A DNA stretch of 64,000 bases from Bacillota bacterium (lineage in GTDB: Bacteria; Bacillota; Halanaerobiia; B1SED10-174), in the NCBI GenBank assembly GCA_007122335.1, contig SKTZ01000071.1, positions 2,524 through 66,523 of the forward strand. The letters are read 5' to 3'. The notes beneath the pieces are model-generated. The model saw only the letters and a program-made list of their open reading frames with translations, searched no databases and was not told the origin of the DNA. The translations under genes were made by a program, and so were the position numbers. The stretch's first letter is position 1. The number at the start of each line of letters is the position of its first letter. This document shows positions 28,404 to 38,456 of the stretch, one piece after another.

Positions 28404-29575
28404 ATTGTTCCTCCTTCCTCATATCTTTTTTGATCCTCACCCAGAGTTATCCTTATTTCCCCTGAGTTTAACTCTTCATTTTCCCGGGGGACACCACCGA
28501 TCAAAGAAGACACCCTCAATGCTCCTTCAAGCCCTCCCGGGCCATAGTCAATCGAAGTATATTCATGGTCAAACCTTTCGGCGTTGCCCATCTTTCGTAC
28601 CGAAAAACCCCAGTATTCAAGGATTTCTCCCCTGTCTCCAGCAAGGCCAGAAATCCCCGCTCCATTTAAAACATCCACTTCATAACGAACATTTTCCAGG
28701 TAATCCTTGGTATTCAGCATGCTCAAAGAAACCATTTCAATCCCTTCTTCATTAGGAACCCAGTAAGAAATACCATTAATATATTCCGGCGTGCCAGGGA
28801 GAATGGTCATCTCAATTCTATCCCGGGGAAAATCAACCAGCATCTTTGATAACCTGACCATGTCCCGAAAAGGAAGATCAGTCCGGAAAAAATCGTTAAT
28901 CTCGCTTAACAGGTTTGGGATTTTAGGAATTATGCTCATTTTGAAGGCCTGGTCAATCAGGGCGTTCATAAACTGCTGTTGCCTTTCAATACGGCCAATA
29001 TCAGCCCTGATGGGTTCCCTGTACCGAACGTAATGCAGGGACTTCTCCCCATCCAAAACCTGTAAACCGGGTTGAATATTAATATAAAGATCTCCCGCTT
29101 CGTCGATGTAGTGCATTCTCTGTTTTACATTAAGCTCAACACCACCAAGGACATCTATAATATTAACAAAACCGTCAAAGTCTAATTCCATGTAAAAATG
29201 AATTGGAACGTTGAGCATTTCTTCGACAGTTTTTACCGTAAGGTCAATACCACCACGGGAATAAGCTGAGTTAATTTTGGAATAGTTAGAATAACCGGGA
29301 ATTTTTACCCTGGTATCCCGGGGCAGGGAAACAATACCCAGACCGTTTCCAACCAAGTCAGCGCTGACCAGGAAAAGAGTGTCCGGTCGGGGGATCCCAT
29401 CTGCTCCAGCATCATAGCCAATTACAAGAGCATTAACCAGTTTTTGATTGTCCTCATCCTGCAAAACCTTGAGCTCCTCTGAACTGAATAAATCAGCCAG
29501 ATAAATGCCTCCGGCAATAATCAGGACCAGGAAAACCACCCCGGCAATTTTAAAAACCTTTTTAAAATTTTTCAT
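28400..29575 (-). CDS. LytR-CpsA-Psr (LCP) family protein with C-terminal LytR_C domain
   Basis: N-terminal TM, LCP catalytic domain (conserved R/D residues), and a LytR_C tail. Confidence 0.75.
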   Translation of the reverse strand: MKNFKKVFKIAGVVFLVLIIAGGIYLADLFSSEELKVLQDEDNQKLVNALVIGYDAGADGIPRPDTLFLVSADLVGNGLGIVSLPRDTRVKIPGYSNYSKINSAYSRGGIDLTVKTVEEMLNVPIHFYMELDFDGFVNIIDVLGGVELNVKQRMHYIDEAGDLYINIQPGLQVLDGEKSLHYVRYREPIRADIGRIERQQQFMNALIDQAFKMSIIPKIPNLLSEINDFFRTDLPFRDMVRLSKMLVDFPRDRIEMTILPGTPEYINGISYWVPNEEGIEMVSLSMLNTKDYLENVRYEVDVLNGAGISGLAGDRGEILEYWGFSVRKMGNAERFDHEYTSIDYGPGGLEGALRVSSLIGGVPRENEELNSGEIRITLGEDQKRYEEGGTI

Positions 29576-29606
29576 AGGAAGAACCAGCTCCCTTAAAATA
29601 TCTGTC

Positions 29607-30242
29607 TTATAAGTAAATCCGATTTTTTAATATATACTCTTCCACGGCAGGAGGGGTTAAATAGGAAATCCCGCCCTTATCTTTCACCCTTCTCCTCAAT
29701 TCAGTAGATGAAATATTTACCGCAGGCATAACAACGGGATGAAGACGCGCCCCGTTTTCTTTTTCTTTTATTTGTTCAATTATAGGGTTGGGGTCTCCTT
29801 CTCTGCTTACAACAATTATATCATATTGAGTTAAAATTTCACGGGGGTTTTTCCAGGAAAATATTTCTTCAAGGGAATCCTTTCCCATTATAAAATAAAG
29901 AGAAATCCCTGGCAAATTTTTTTTCAAATAATCCAGTGTTTTTATTGTATAATCCGGCCCATCATTTTTCAACTCAAAATCCCATACCTCAAAAAAGGGG
30001 TTATCAGCAATTGCCTTCTGGATCATTTCCAGTCTCTGGCGGGGAGTGGCAAGTGGCTGTGCGTCTTTTGCCATCTTATGCGGAGGTACCCCCGCAGGAA
30101 CAAAAAAAACCTGATCGAGTTTCAGCTCGAGGCGAGCTGTTTCGGCCATTAAAAGGTGCCCATAATGGGGAGGATCAAAAGTTCCTCCAAGGATCCCAAT
30201 CCGGGAAGTATTTTCTCTCAAGCGGGGCAATCCTTCATCCAT
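29607..30242 (-). CDS. nadD: nicotinate-nucleotide adenylyltransferase
   Basis: GGTFDPPHYGH nucleotidyltransferase motif. Confidence 0.85.
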   Translation of the reverse strand: MDEGLPRLRENTSRIGILGGTFDPPHYGHLLMAETARLELKLDQVFFVPAGVPPHKMAKDAQPLATPRQRLEMIQKAIADNPFFEVWDFELKNDGPDYTIKTLDYLKKNLPGISLYFIMGKDSLEEIFSWKNPREILTQYDIIVVSREGDPNPIIEQIKEKENGARLHPVVMPAVNISSTELRRRVKDKGGISYLTPPAVEEYILKNRIYL

Positions 30243-30304
30243 TATACCCTCTCCTTTCCCTGCATATATTCAACAAAACACCCCAATACCCTTGCCCTGA
30301 AATA

Positions 30305-31186
30305 TCAACTTATCCTTTTCTTTTTTTTGACTCCTCCCAGGGCCAGATAAATGCCCACAAGGATTAACGCCCCTCCGAAAAAAGTCAGGTGATGAGGGGT
30401 CTCTCCCAGGATAAAAAAGGCAAAAACAGTTGCTCCTACAGGTTCCCCCAGGATGCTAAGAGCAACAAAAGAAGCCGGGAGGTATTTTAAGCTCCAGTTT
30501 AAAGAGGAGTGGCCTACGATTGTAGGGATCAGGGCCAGAAGGAAAAAAAAGCTATAGGTAGCCTGACTATAGCCAAAAAGAGGCACCCGCAATAAAAAAC
30601 AAAAACCCAATAAAAAAATGGCCGCAGTTGAATAGGCCATAAAAATATAGGGCAATAAACCCAGAGTTGCCCGGATCCTGCTCCCCAGAATGAAATAAAA
30701 CGCAACAAAAACTGCTCCCAGCAAAGCAAGGATATTACCCCTGATTGCTTCGGGCTCTCCCATTGTCAGGTCTCCCCAGCCAATTAAAAGTCCCCCTGCT
30801 ACCGAAAGAAGGAGCCCCAGAACAAACAGTTTGTTAATTTTCTCCCCCAGAAACATAAGTCCCATTAACGTTACAAAGAGGGGCTGGGTTGAGACAAAAA
30901 CAACCGCCGAAGCAACTGAGGTATAGGTAAAAGCCTGAACCCAAAAAGCAAAATGCAGAGCCAGGAAAAATCCCGCTGCCAGAGAAAGCCAAATTACACG
31001 GGAATCCAGGTTTAGCAACTTCTCTCTATGGAAAAACATTACTGGTGAGAGCAAAATGGAGCTGAGTCCCATCCTATAAAAAGCAATCGCCAGGGCTGGA
31101 GCATCAGCCATTCTTATAAAAATTGCAGCAAAGGAAACAGAAATGACACCAAGTAAAACTATTATTAAAGCCAGCTGCTTTTTTTC
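30305..31186 (-). CDS. EamA/DMT-family transporter (10 TM)
   Basis: Two EamA repeats. The sequence just upstream of the listed Met encodes a further hydrophobic helix (LALIIVLLGVISVSFAAIFIRM) after a GGAGG RBS, so the true start is probably a non-ATG codon near 31186. Confidence 0.65.
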   Translation of the reverse strand, partial: EKKQLALIIVLLGVISVSFAAIFIRMADAPALAIAFYRMGLSSILLSPVMFFHREKLLNLDSRVIWLSLAAGFFLALHFAFWVQAFTYTSVASAVVFVSTQPLFVTLMGLMFLGEKINKLFVLGLLLSVAGGLLIGWGDLTMGEPEAIRGNILALLGAVFVAFYFILGSRIRATLGLLPYIFMAYSTAAIFLLGFCFLLRVPLFGYSQATYSFFFLLALIPTIVGHSSLNWSLKYLPASFVALSILGEPVGATVFAFFILGETPHHLTFFGGALILVGIYLALGGVKKKKRIS

Positions 31187-31314
31187 CAGTTTAATTCCTC
31201 CTGTTCCTGAGGGAAAAAAGTTCTTATAATTTAATTATTCGTTTGTTTTCTCTTTATCCCTCTAGGAAAAGGTCTCTAAAATAAAGGGTTTTTCCCAGTA
31301 CCTGTTTTTCTTAA

Positions 31315-31683
31315 TTAACCCCCGTTTAAAACTTTTTCAATTACTTGCACAACGTTATCCTTTTTAAATGGCTTAACGATAAAATGCTTCGCCCCTGCAA
31401 CTATGGCTTTTTTAATATAAGCTTCTTGACCCATGGCTGAAATTACTAAAACCCTTGCTGAAGAATCAATTTCCAGAATTTCTTTCATTGCCGTTATTCC
31501 ATCTTTTTCCGGCATGGTAATATCCATTGTAACCAGATCTGGTTCGGTTTCTTTGTATAATTTAATTGCCTCATTCCCATTTGTTGCCTCTCCCGCCACT
31601 TCATAATCCTGGCTTTCTAAAATATTTCTCAAATTCAGGCGCATAAATGACGCATCGTCAACAATTAAAATCTTTTTCCCCAA
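31315..31683 (-). CDS. cheY: CheY-like single-domain response regulator
   Basis: 122 aa. DD...D57 (TMDITMP)...K pocket typical of CheY. Confidence 0.8.
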   Translation of the reverse strand: MGKKILIVDDASFMRLNLRNILESQDYEVAGEATNGNEAIKLYKETEPDLVTMDITMPEKDGITAMKEILEIDSSARVLVISAMGQEAYIKKAIVAGAKHFIVKPFKKDNVVQVIEKVLNGG

Positions 31684-31712
31684 AGGGCATCCCTCCCGAG
31701 GTTACCCAAAAA

Positions 31713-32078
31713 TTAACTGGCAAGAACCTTGTTCAGGGTTTCAATGATCTTTTCTTTCTTAAAAGGTTTCACAATAAAATTTTTAGCCCCACTCATAATT
31801 GCCTTCTTTATATATGTCTCCTGCCCCATGGCTGAAACCATAATAACTTTTGCCTGGGGGTCCATTTCCATAATTTCTTCCATTGCTGCCAGGCCGTCCA
31901 TTTCAGGCATTGTAATGTCCATGGTAACAACATCAGGTTTTTCGGCCTGGTAAAGCTGGACCGCTTCCTGACCATTGGTCCCTTCACCAATAATTTCAAA
32001 ACCCTCGCTTTCTAAAATGTTTTTTAAATTTAAACGCATAAAAGATGCATCATCAACAACCAGTACTTTGGCGCTCAA
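31713..32078 (-). CDS. cheY: CheY-like single-domain response regulator (tandem paralog)
   Basis: 121 aa, about 65% identical to the downstream copy. Its start overlaps the cheA stop. Confidence 0.8.
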   Translation of the reverse strand: MSAKVLVVDDASFMRLNLKNILESEGFEIIGEGTNGQEAVQLYQAEKPDVVTMDITMPEMDGLAAMEEIMEMDPQAKVIMVSAMGQETYIKKAIMSGAKNFIVKPFKKEKIIETLNKVLAS

Positions 32079-34098
32079 CCGAATCTCCTCCTTTTTTAAA
32101 GCTTTTTAAAATTCCCTGGATATCAAGTATCAAAGCGACTTCACCGTTTCCCTTAATCGTTGCTCCGGAGATTCCGGGGATTTCTCCAAATAGTTTATCC
32201 TTTCCCATAAAATCACCCAGGGATTTAACGACTATTTCCTGTTCCCCAATTACTCCTTCCACCATTATCGCTACCATACGTCCTTTTACACCACCGATTA
32301 TTAGAAAGCCTTCCTCGTGAGAATTCCCCAGTTGGAAAAATTCACCCAACCTGATCAGGGGAATTACCTGTTCCCGCCAGGTAACAACCTCCCTGCTTTT
32401 AACGGTTTTAATTACCTCCCTGCGATTGTTCTTATTTACCAAAATAGTTTCAAAAATTGCCGATAACGGAATAGCATAATCATTCCCTTTTTCCCTGACC
32501 ATAAGAGCCTGGACAATGGCGAGGGTTAATGGAAGAACTATTTTTATGCTGGTCCCTTCTCCGGGTTGGCTGGTTATTTCCACTTCTCCATCAAGTTTTT
32601 CAATATTGGTCCTGACTACATCCATTCCAACTCCTCGGCCGGAAAGGTCATTAACAGTTTCACTTGTTGAAAACCCTGGTTCCAAAATAAGTTCCAGGAG
32701 ACTTTCGGAGTCCATTTCTTCCCCTTCTTTTGCTGTTATCAAACCTTTTTCTAAAGCCCGTGACTTAATTTTCTCGGGATCAACTCCAGCCCCATCATCC
32801 TTAACTTCAATTATTATATTATTTTCCTCCTGCCAGGCATTAAGGGCCAAAAGCCCCTGGGAAGGCTTTCCCTCTTTTTCTCTTCGGTCAGGGGTCTCAA
32901 TTCCATGGTCTATAGCATTCCTTACGAGGTGAACAAGGGGGTCAAAAACTTCCTGGAGAATGGTTCGGTCCAGTTCGGTATCCTCCCCTGAAAATTTCAG
33001 TTTTACATCTTTACCCGTTTGCCGGGATATATCCCGAACCAGCCTGGGAAAACGTTTGAAAATGCTCCCCACAGGGTACATTCGAATATCCATTACTGAC
33101 TCATGGAGCTCAGTCGCGATAAAATCGACATGAGGAATTGTTTGCAGCAACGCCTGGGCTTCAAGGTTATCCCGGGAGTTTGCTTTTATCCCTTTGGAAA
33201 TTTCTAATAGTCTTTCCTTATCAATTACTAGTTCACCCACCAGTTTCATTAACTGGTCAACTTTTTCAATATCAACCCTTATACTTTCTCTGCTTTCACC
33301 CCGTTGGGAAAAGCTTTCTTTTACCTCCTGAAAATATTCTCCTGATTTCCCATTTTCAATATCTTCCAGGGTATATATTTTAAATTCTTCGTTCTCCAGT
33401 GATTGCCCAATCACCCTGGAAATTTCATCAGTTTGTTTCTCAGTACAGATTAGCATGGAGAAAAAAGGCAAATCTCCTTCAACTTCATCCAGGTGCGGTG
33501 GATAAGTTTTTATTATCTCTCCTTCGTCTTTAAGGTTATTCAAAACCAAAAATGCCACCATGCTCTGCATTTCTTTTTGATGGATTAATTCAAAACAAAT
33601 AAAGAAAACATTTTTTTCTTGATTTTTTTCTTTTAAGTTTTTTAATTCCTGGGATGTCAAATATATTTTTTTATCAATATCTGTTTCTTTTTTTTCACTA
33701 TCTTTGGAGGTAATTTCCCCAAATCTCTGTAACAAATGATCTATTTCCGGGTTTTCCGTTTCGGGAAGACCCTTTTCAACATTTTCCCGAAGATGTTTAA
33801 GTGTATCAAGGGAAATAAACAAAAGATCAATGATATCATCGCTTAAAATTCCGGGACTATTACGCAGTTTGTCCAGAACATTTTCCATTTCATGAGTCAG
33901 GTTGGCAATTGGGGTATAACCCATACTTCCAGCAGACCCTTTTAAAGAATGGGCCATCCGGAAAAACTCATCAATTATCTCACGCTCTTCTCCGTTTTCT
34001 TCAAGTTGCATAACGGCTTTTTCCATTATTTCAAGCTGTTCATCCGCTTCTTGTAGGAAAAGCTTTTTGAATTTTTCAAAGTCAATATTTTCCATCAT
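32053..34098 (-). CDS. cheA: chemotaxis histidine kinase CheA
   Basis: P1 HPt (AHSLKGSAG), P2, P3 dimerization, P4 HATPase (G1/G2 boxes), and a P5 CheW-like domain. Confidence 0.9.
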   Translation of the reverse strand: MMENIDFEKFKKLFLQEADEQLEIMEKAVMQLEENGEEREIIDEFFRMAHSLKGSAGSMGYTPIANLTHEMENVLDKLRNSPGILSDDIIDLLFISLDTLKHLRENVEKGLPETENPEIDHLLQRFGEITSKDSEKKETDIDKKIYLTSQELKNLKEKNQEKNVFFICFELIHQKEMQSMVAFLVLNNLKDEGEIIKTYPPHLDEVEGDLPFFSMLICTEKQTDEISRVIGQSLENEEFKIYTLEDIENGKSGEYFQEVKESFSQRGESRESIRVDIEKVDQLMKLVGELVIDKERLLEISKGIKANSRDNLEAQALLQTIPHVDFIATELHESVMDIRMYPVGSIFKRFPRLVRDISRQTGKDVKLKFSGEDTELDRTILQEVFDPLVHLVRNAIDHGIETPDRREKEGKPSQGLLALNAWQEENNIIIEVKDDGAGVDPEKIKSRALEKGLITAKEGEEMDSESLLELILEPGFSTSETVNDLSGRGVGMDVVRTNIEKLDGEVEITSQPGEGTSIKIVLPLTLAIVQALMVREKGNDYAIPLSAIFETILVNKNNRREVIKTVKSREVVTWREQVIPLIRLGEFFQLGNSHEEGFLIIGGVKGRMVAIMVEGVIGEQEIVVKSLGDFMGKDKLFGEIPGISGATIKGNGEVALILDIQGILKSFKKGGDSVERQSTGC

Positions 34099-34107
34099 TT
34101 TCTCCCC

Positions 34108-34578
34108 TTACCTGGCAATTTTTGCTAGTTCTTCATTCTCACGAGGAGATAAAATGTTTCCAATGTCCAGAACAATAACCAACCTTTCATTATATCTGGC
34201 AATTCCGGAAATGAAAAAAGAATTTACCTGGGATATTTCCCGGGGAGGTTCATCAATAGCCTCTTTATCAACATTTAAAACTTCATTCACCCTGTCAACT
34301 AGGAGCCCAATAAATTTATCTTCCTGTTTTACAACTATTATTCTGGTTTCCTTATCTACTTTTTTGTTTTCCAGATCAAATCTTTTCCCCAGATCAATTA
34401 CAGGTATAACGTCTCCCCTCAGGTTAATTACGCCTTCTACAAATTCTGGAGCCCGGGGAACATGGGTAATACCAATTTCCTTTAAGCGTTTGATTTCATG
34501 AATCCTGAGAATATCAACCCCATATTCTTCCCCGGAAAGTTGAAAAGTAACAAGCTGAATTTGTTGGTTTTTTGCCAT
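34108..34578 (-). CDS. cheW: chemotaxis coupling protein CheW
   Basis: 156 aa. Single CheW domain. Confidence 0.85.
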   Translation of the reverse strand: MAKNQQIQLVTFQLSGEEYGVDILRIHEIKRLKEIGITHVPRAPEFVEGVINLRGDVIPVIDLGKRFDLENKKVDKETRIIVVKQEDKFIGLLVDRVNEVLNVDKEAIDEPPREISQVNSFFISGIARYNERLVIVLDIGNILSPRENEELAKIAR

Positions 34579-34728
34579 TCCTTTAACCTCACCTTCCTTT
34601 TAATTGCTTTACACAGATTTTAATTATAACCTGGAAAATAAAATAACCCCTTTACCGGATTAAGATAGTTAAATTGCTTCCTACTATCTTTTTATCGGCA
34701 AAAGGGGCTAGGTTTTTAACCGTTTATT

Positions 34729-35793
34729 TTAAATACTTTTGGAATCAGCTATTTCAATCATTGGTTCTCCAACAATAACTTCACCAACTATTATTGAAGA
34801 CGGTACATCGGCATCCTTTTCCAGTTCCTTTATTACACTTTCCACCTTCTCCGGTTTTACAGCTGCCAGTAACCCACCCGATGTCATTGCATCGCAGAGC
34901 AGAAACTTATGGTACCGGGGGGTATTGTTCCAGTTAACGTTGTTTTCCAAAAATTTAATATTCCGCAATGTTCCCCCGGGAACAACTCCTTTTTGGGCCA
35001 GGACCTCACTGCCGGCGATAAACCAATCCGAACTAATTATTAGCCTGGCCGCAGTTCCACTGGCCTCCATCATCTCAAAAAGGTGCCCCATAAGTCCAAA
35101 GCCAGTTATATCGGTCATGGCATTTACAGTGTCAAAATTCAATACTTTTGCCCCGGCTCTATTTAATGTAGCCATGATTTCTACGGCGTTCTGGATATCT
35201 TTTTCTTCTACCATTGCTCCTTTTACTCCCGTTGATAGAATTCCTGCACCGATCGGTTTAGTCATTACCAGCACATCCCCCGGACGGGCGCCTCCTTTTT
35301 TAATTATCCTCCGGGGGTGAATTAACCCGGTTGCAGAAAGCCCGTATTTTGGTTCATCATCATCCACTGTATGCCCGCCAATTAGAACAGCGCCAGCCTC
35401 CTCAACCTTTTCCTGCCCACCATTTAAAATTTCACCCAGGATTTCCAGGGGAATCTTCTGGGAAGGAAAGCAAACAACATTAAGAGCAGTAATTGGTTCT
35501 GCTCCCATTGCATAAAGGTCACTTAGAGCATTTGCAGCAGCTATTCTGCCAAAATCTCTTCCGTCGTCAACAATCGGTGTAAAAAAATCAATTGTCTGGA
35601 CCAAGGCCTGGTCCTCACTTATCTGGTAAATCCCCGCATCATCAATAATGTCCAGGCCTACCAGAACCTCTTTCCGAGATTGTGGTTGGGGTAATAGGGA
35701 AAGGATAGTTTTTAGGGCCTCCGGCCCCATTTTGCATCCTCAACCGGCTTTTTGCGAAAAACTTGTCAGGCGAACCTTTTTCCGGTTATTCAC
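34729..35793 (-). CDS. selD: selenide, water dikinase SelD; selenoprotein with in-frame UGA (Sec) at 35740-35742
   Basis: The listed ORF (start 35730) lacks the SelD N-terminal active site. Reading upstream in frame gives GTG-NNRKKVRLTSFSQKAG-U(TGA)-GCK-MGPEAL..., which matches the SelD consensus RLTxxSxxAG(C/U)GCKI. GGAGGTG RBS 7 nt upstream. A GGGCC-GGA-GGCCC hairpin starts 12 nt after the UGA, consistent with a bacterial SECIS. Confidence 0.85.
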
Positions 35794-37180
35794 TTTCCTT
35801 CACCTCCTGCGCAATCCTGGCTAGTTCTGTTTTTAGGATGTCCTCTTCCTCTGGTGAAACTGTTCGCAGGTTAAATTCAATTTTCCCCTTAAAAACACTT
35901 GCAATTATTGGAATTTCAGCTTCTCTTAATTTCTGATGGAACTGGCTTAACTCCAAATTTTTCCCCCGAAGATGTAAAACCGGTCCTGGAATTGCTTCCT
36001 GGGGAAGAGTTCCTCCACCGCTAAATGAAGTCCCCTCTCCGATTGACATTTTAAAATTGGAGGGGATTTTTTCTTCAAGGTACGTGTGGATATCTTCAGT
36101 CCTTTCTAGAAGCTCTTTTTCTGTCATTTGAAACATTTTATAAGTTGGGATGAAATCAGGCTGATACAGCAGGTATTGGCGCAAAGTAGCTTCAAGTGCA
36201 GCCAGGGAAAGTTTATCAATTCTTAAAGCCCTCAACAGGTTGTTTCGGGCCATTTTATCAATTAAATCCTTGCGACCCAGGATAATTCCGGCCTGGGCAC
36301 CGCCCAAAAGCTTATCCCCGCTAAAAGAAACTAAATCTAACTTCCCTGAAGTAATTTCGTTTAAAGATGGCTCCCCAGGTAAAGGCCAGAGGGATCCGCT
36401 TCCCAGGTCATAATAGGATATCAGATTATGCTTTTGGGCCAGAGACCCCAGGTCTTCAACTCCCACTTCTTCAGTAAACCCAGTGATACGATAGTTTGAT
36501 GGGTGGACCTTAATTAAAAGTTTTGTGTCCTCTCCTATAGCTTCCTCGTAATCCTCTAGGTGGGTTCTGTTGGTGGTACCCACCTCTCGCAGGCTAACCC
36601 CTCCCTTGGACATAACTTCTGGGATCCTGAAAGAACCACCGATCTCAACAAGTTCACCCCGGGATATTATTGCTTCTCCACCCCGGGCCAGGGTATCAAG
36701 AACGAGTAAAACAGCCGCAGCATTATTATTAACAATAAGTGCTTTTTCCGCTCCAGTCAGGAGTGACAGAAGAAAACCACAAATATCCTGTCTTGAACCT
36801 CTTTTCCCCGTGGAGAGATCATATTCCAGGTTGCAATAACCGGAACCTATCCATCTTAGGTTTTTTATCCCCGCGGGGGGGATGGGTGCCCTGCCCAGGT
36901 TTGTATGCAAAATAATCCCGGTTGCATTTACCACTTTTTGCAACCGGGGAGTTAAAAGTCCCTGGCAACGCAAAATCACTTCCTGGAATATATCCTCCGC
37001 ACCCTTCCAGAGCAGTTTTTCTGAAGAGTCTTGAGATATTTCCGTCCGGAGTTCTTCGACAATAAACCGGACTAATCTTTTGACACCAGGAGAAGATGGT
37101 ACCCCCTGTTTTTTCAGTTCACCCAATACGCTATCAATTCCAGGAAGCTGCCTTAATAAAGAATTATCCATCATGATCAA
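35786..37180 (-). CDS. selA: L-seryl-tRNA(Sec) selenium transferase
   Basis: 464 aa. LHTNLGRA, VNNNAAAVLL, SRGELVEIGGSFRIP and the PLP-lysine FSGDKLLGG are all conserved with E. coli SelA. Its stop overlaps the selD start by 8 nt. Confidence 0.85.
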   Translation of the reverse strand: MIMMDNSLLRQLPGIDSVLGELKKQGVPSSPGVKRLVRFIVEELRTEISQDSSEKLLWKGAEDIFQEVILRCQGLLTPRLQKVVNATGIILHTNLGRAPIPPAGIKNLRWIGSGYCNLEYDLSTGKRGSRQDICGFLLSLLTGAEKALIVNNNAAAVLLVLDTLARGGEAIISRGELVEIGGSFRIPEVMSKGGVSLREVGTTNRTHLEDYEEAIGEDTKLLIKVHPSNYRITGFTEEVGVEDLGSLAQKHNLISYYDLGSGSLWPLPGEPSLNEITSGKLDLVSFSGDKLLGGAQAGIILGRKDLIDKMARNNLLRALRIDKLSLAALEATLRQYLLYQPDFIPTYKMFQMTEKELLERTEDIHTYLEEKIPSNFKMSIGEGTSFSGGGTLPQEAIPGPVLHLRGKNLELSQFHQKLREAEIPIIASVFKGKIEFNLRTVSPEEEDILKTELARIAQEVKESE

Positions 37181-37559
37181 GTCCTTTGAGCAATCGAAAT
37201 TGAACTACCCGGGAGCGAGGACCGTCAAATTCGCAGAAATAAATCCGCTGCCAGGTTCCCAGATCCAGATGATTGTCTTTGAAGGGAATAATAACCGAAG
37301 AACCAACCAGAGTTGATTGTAAATGGGCTGGCCCATTCCCTTCCCGGTGAAGATAGCTTCCCCTGGAAATTCTATCCAGATGTTGAAGGATATCTTCCTG
37401 GACATCAGGGTCTGCCCCTTCATTGATCGTAACACCTGCAGTGGTATGGGAAACAAAAACCAGGAGGGCACCTTCCCCTTTTTCCGGAAGGATCCTCTTT
37501 AACTGTTCGGTAATATCAATCATTTCCATTTTTTTGTTGGATTCAACCTGAAACTGCAC
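37164..37559 (-). CDS. YjbQ/UPF0047 family protein
   Basis: 131 aa with the conserved HTTAG...EG...H core. Overlaps the selA start by 17 nt. Confidence 0.7.
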   Translation of the reverse strand: MQFQVESNKKMEMIDITEQLKRILPEKGEGALLVFVSHTTAGVTINEGADPDVQEDILQHLDRISRGSYLHREGNGPAHLQSTLVGSSVIIPFKDNHLDLGTWQRIYFCEFDGPRSRVVQFRLLKGLDHDG

Positions 37560-37580
37560 TTTAAAACCCCCTCCAGGGAA

Positions 37581-38456
37581 CTAGATCAACCCGGCATCAA
37601 AAGTGGTAATGGAGATTGTTTCTGGGCCGCTGTGGCAGGCTATTGTTGGGGCAAGGCGGGCGCGAATTGTAACAAACTCTTTATCCAGCTTTTCCTCGAT
37701 TAAACTCCTGACCTGTTCAATACTTTTTTCTTGAGGGATGCCTCCCCAAGCCAGCAGAAGAACCGGTTTATCAGCAGTACTCATTCTTTCTAAAGCTAGT
37801 TCAGCCATTTTCTTATAAAGCCCTTTGCTTCCCCTGACCTTATCTAAGGGAGCGATTTCTCCTTTAGAAACTGTCAGTATCGGCTTGATATTTAAAAACC
37901 CTGCAACAAATCCCTTAGCCCTTCCTACTCGACCGTTTTTCACCAGGTAATCCATGGTTTCTACCGAAAAGGCTTCAAAAATAGGTTCCTCTTCTTTAAG
38001 CTGTTCTATAAACTGAATAATTTTATCCTTGTCTTTTTCTTTCTTCATTTTTTCTACAACTGCATAGACAAAAAGCCCTAAAGGAGGACCAACCTGGCCG
38101 GTATCAATTGGTATTATTTCCATATCAGTTACCATTTCTGACGCAAGTCTTGCGGCCTGAACTGTCCCACTCATTTTATGGGAAATATGTAGGGAAAGGA
38201 CTGTGTCGTACCCTTCTTCTTTTAAGCTTTCAAATACTTCAACAAAATCTTTGGCCTGGGGTTGGGTCGTCCGGGGTAGGTTTTCCATTTCTCCAGCCAT
38301 CCGATCATAAAATTCTTCGTGGCTGATGGTTATCTGGTCGACAAACTCCTCTTCCCCGAAATGGATATGCATGCTTACCCTATGGATATTATGTTCGGCG
38401 AAAAAGTCCTGGGGCAAATCACAACTGGTATCAGTAACAATAGCAATTTTACTCAT
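37581..38456 (-). CDS. DegV-family fatty-acid-binding protein
   Basis: IAIVTDS..DLP N-terminus and the DegV fold length. Confidence 0.8.
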   Translation of the reverse strand: MSKIAIVTDTSCDLPQDFFAEHNIHRVSMHIHFGEEEFVDQITISHEEFYDRMAGEMENLPRTTQPQAKDFVEVFESLKEEGYDTVLSLHISHKMSGTVQAARLASEMVTDMEIIPIDTGQVGPPLGLFVYAVVEKMKKEKDKDKIIQFIEQLKEEEPIFEAFSVETMDYLVKNGRVGRAKGFVAGFLNIKPILTVSKGEIAPLDKVRGSKGLYKKMAELALERMSTADKPVLLLAWGGIPQEKSIEQVRSLIEEKLDKEFVTIRARLAPTIACHSGPETISITTFDAGLI

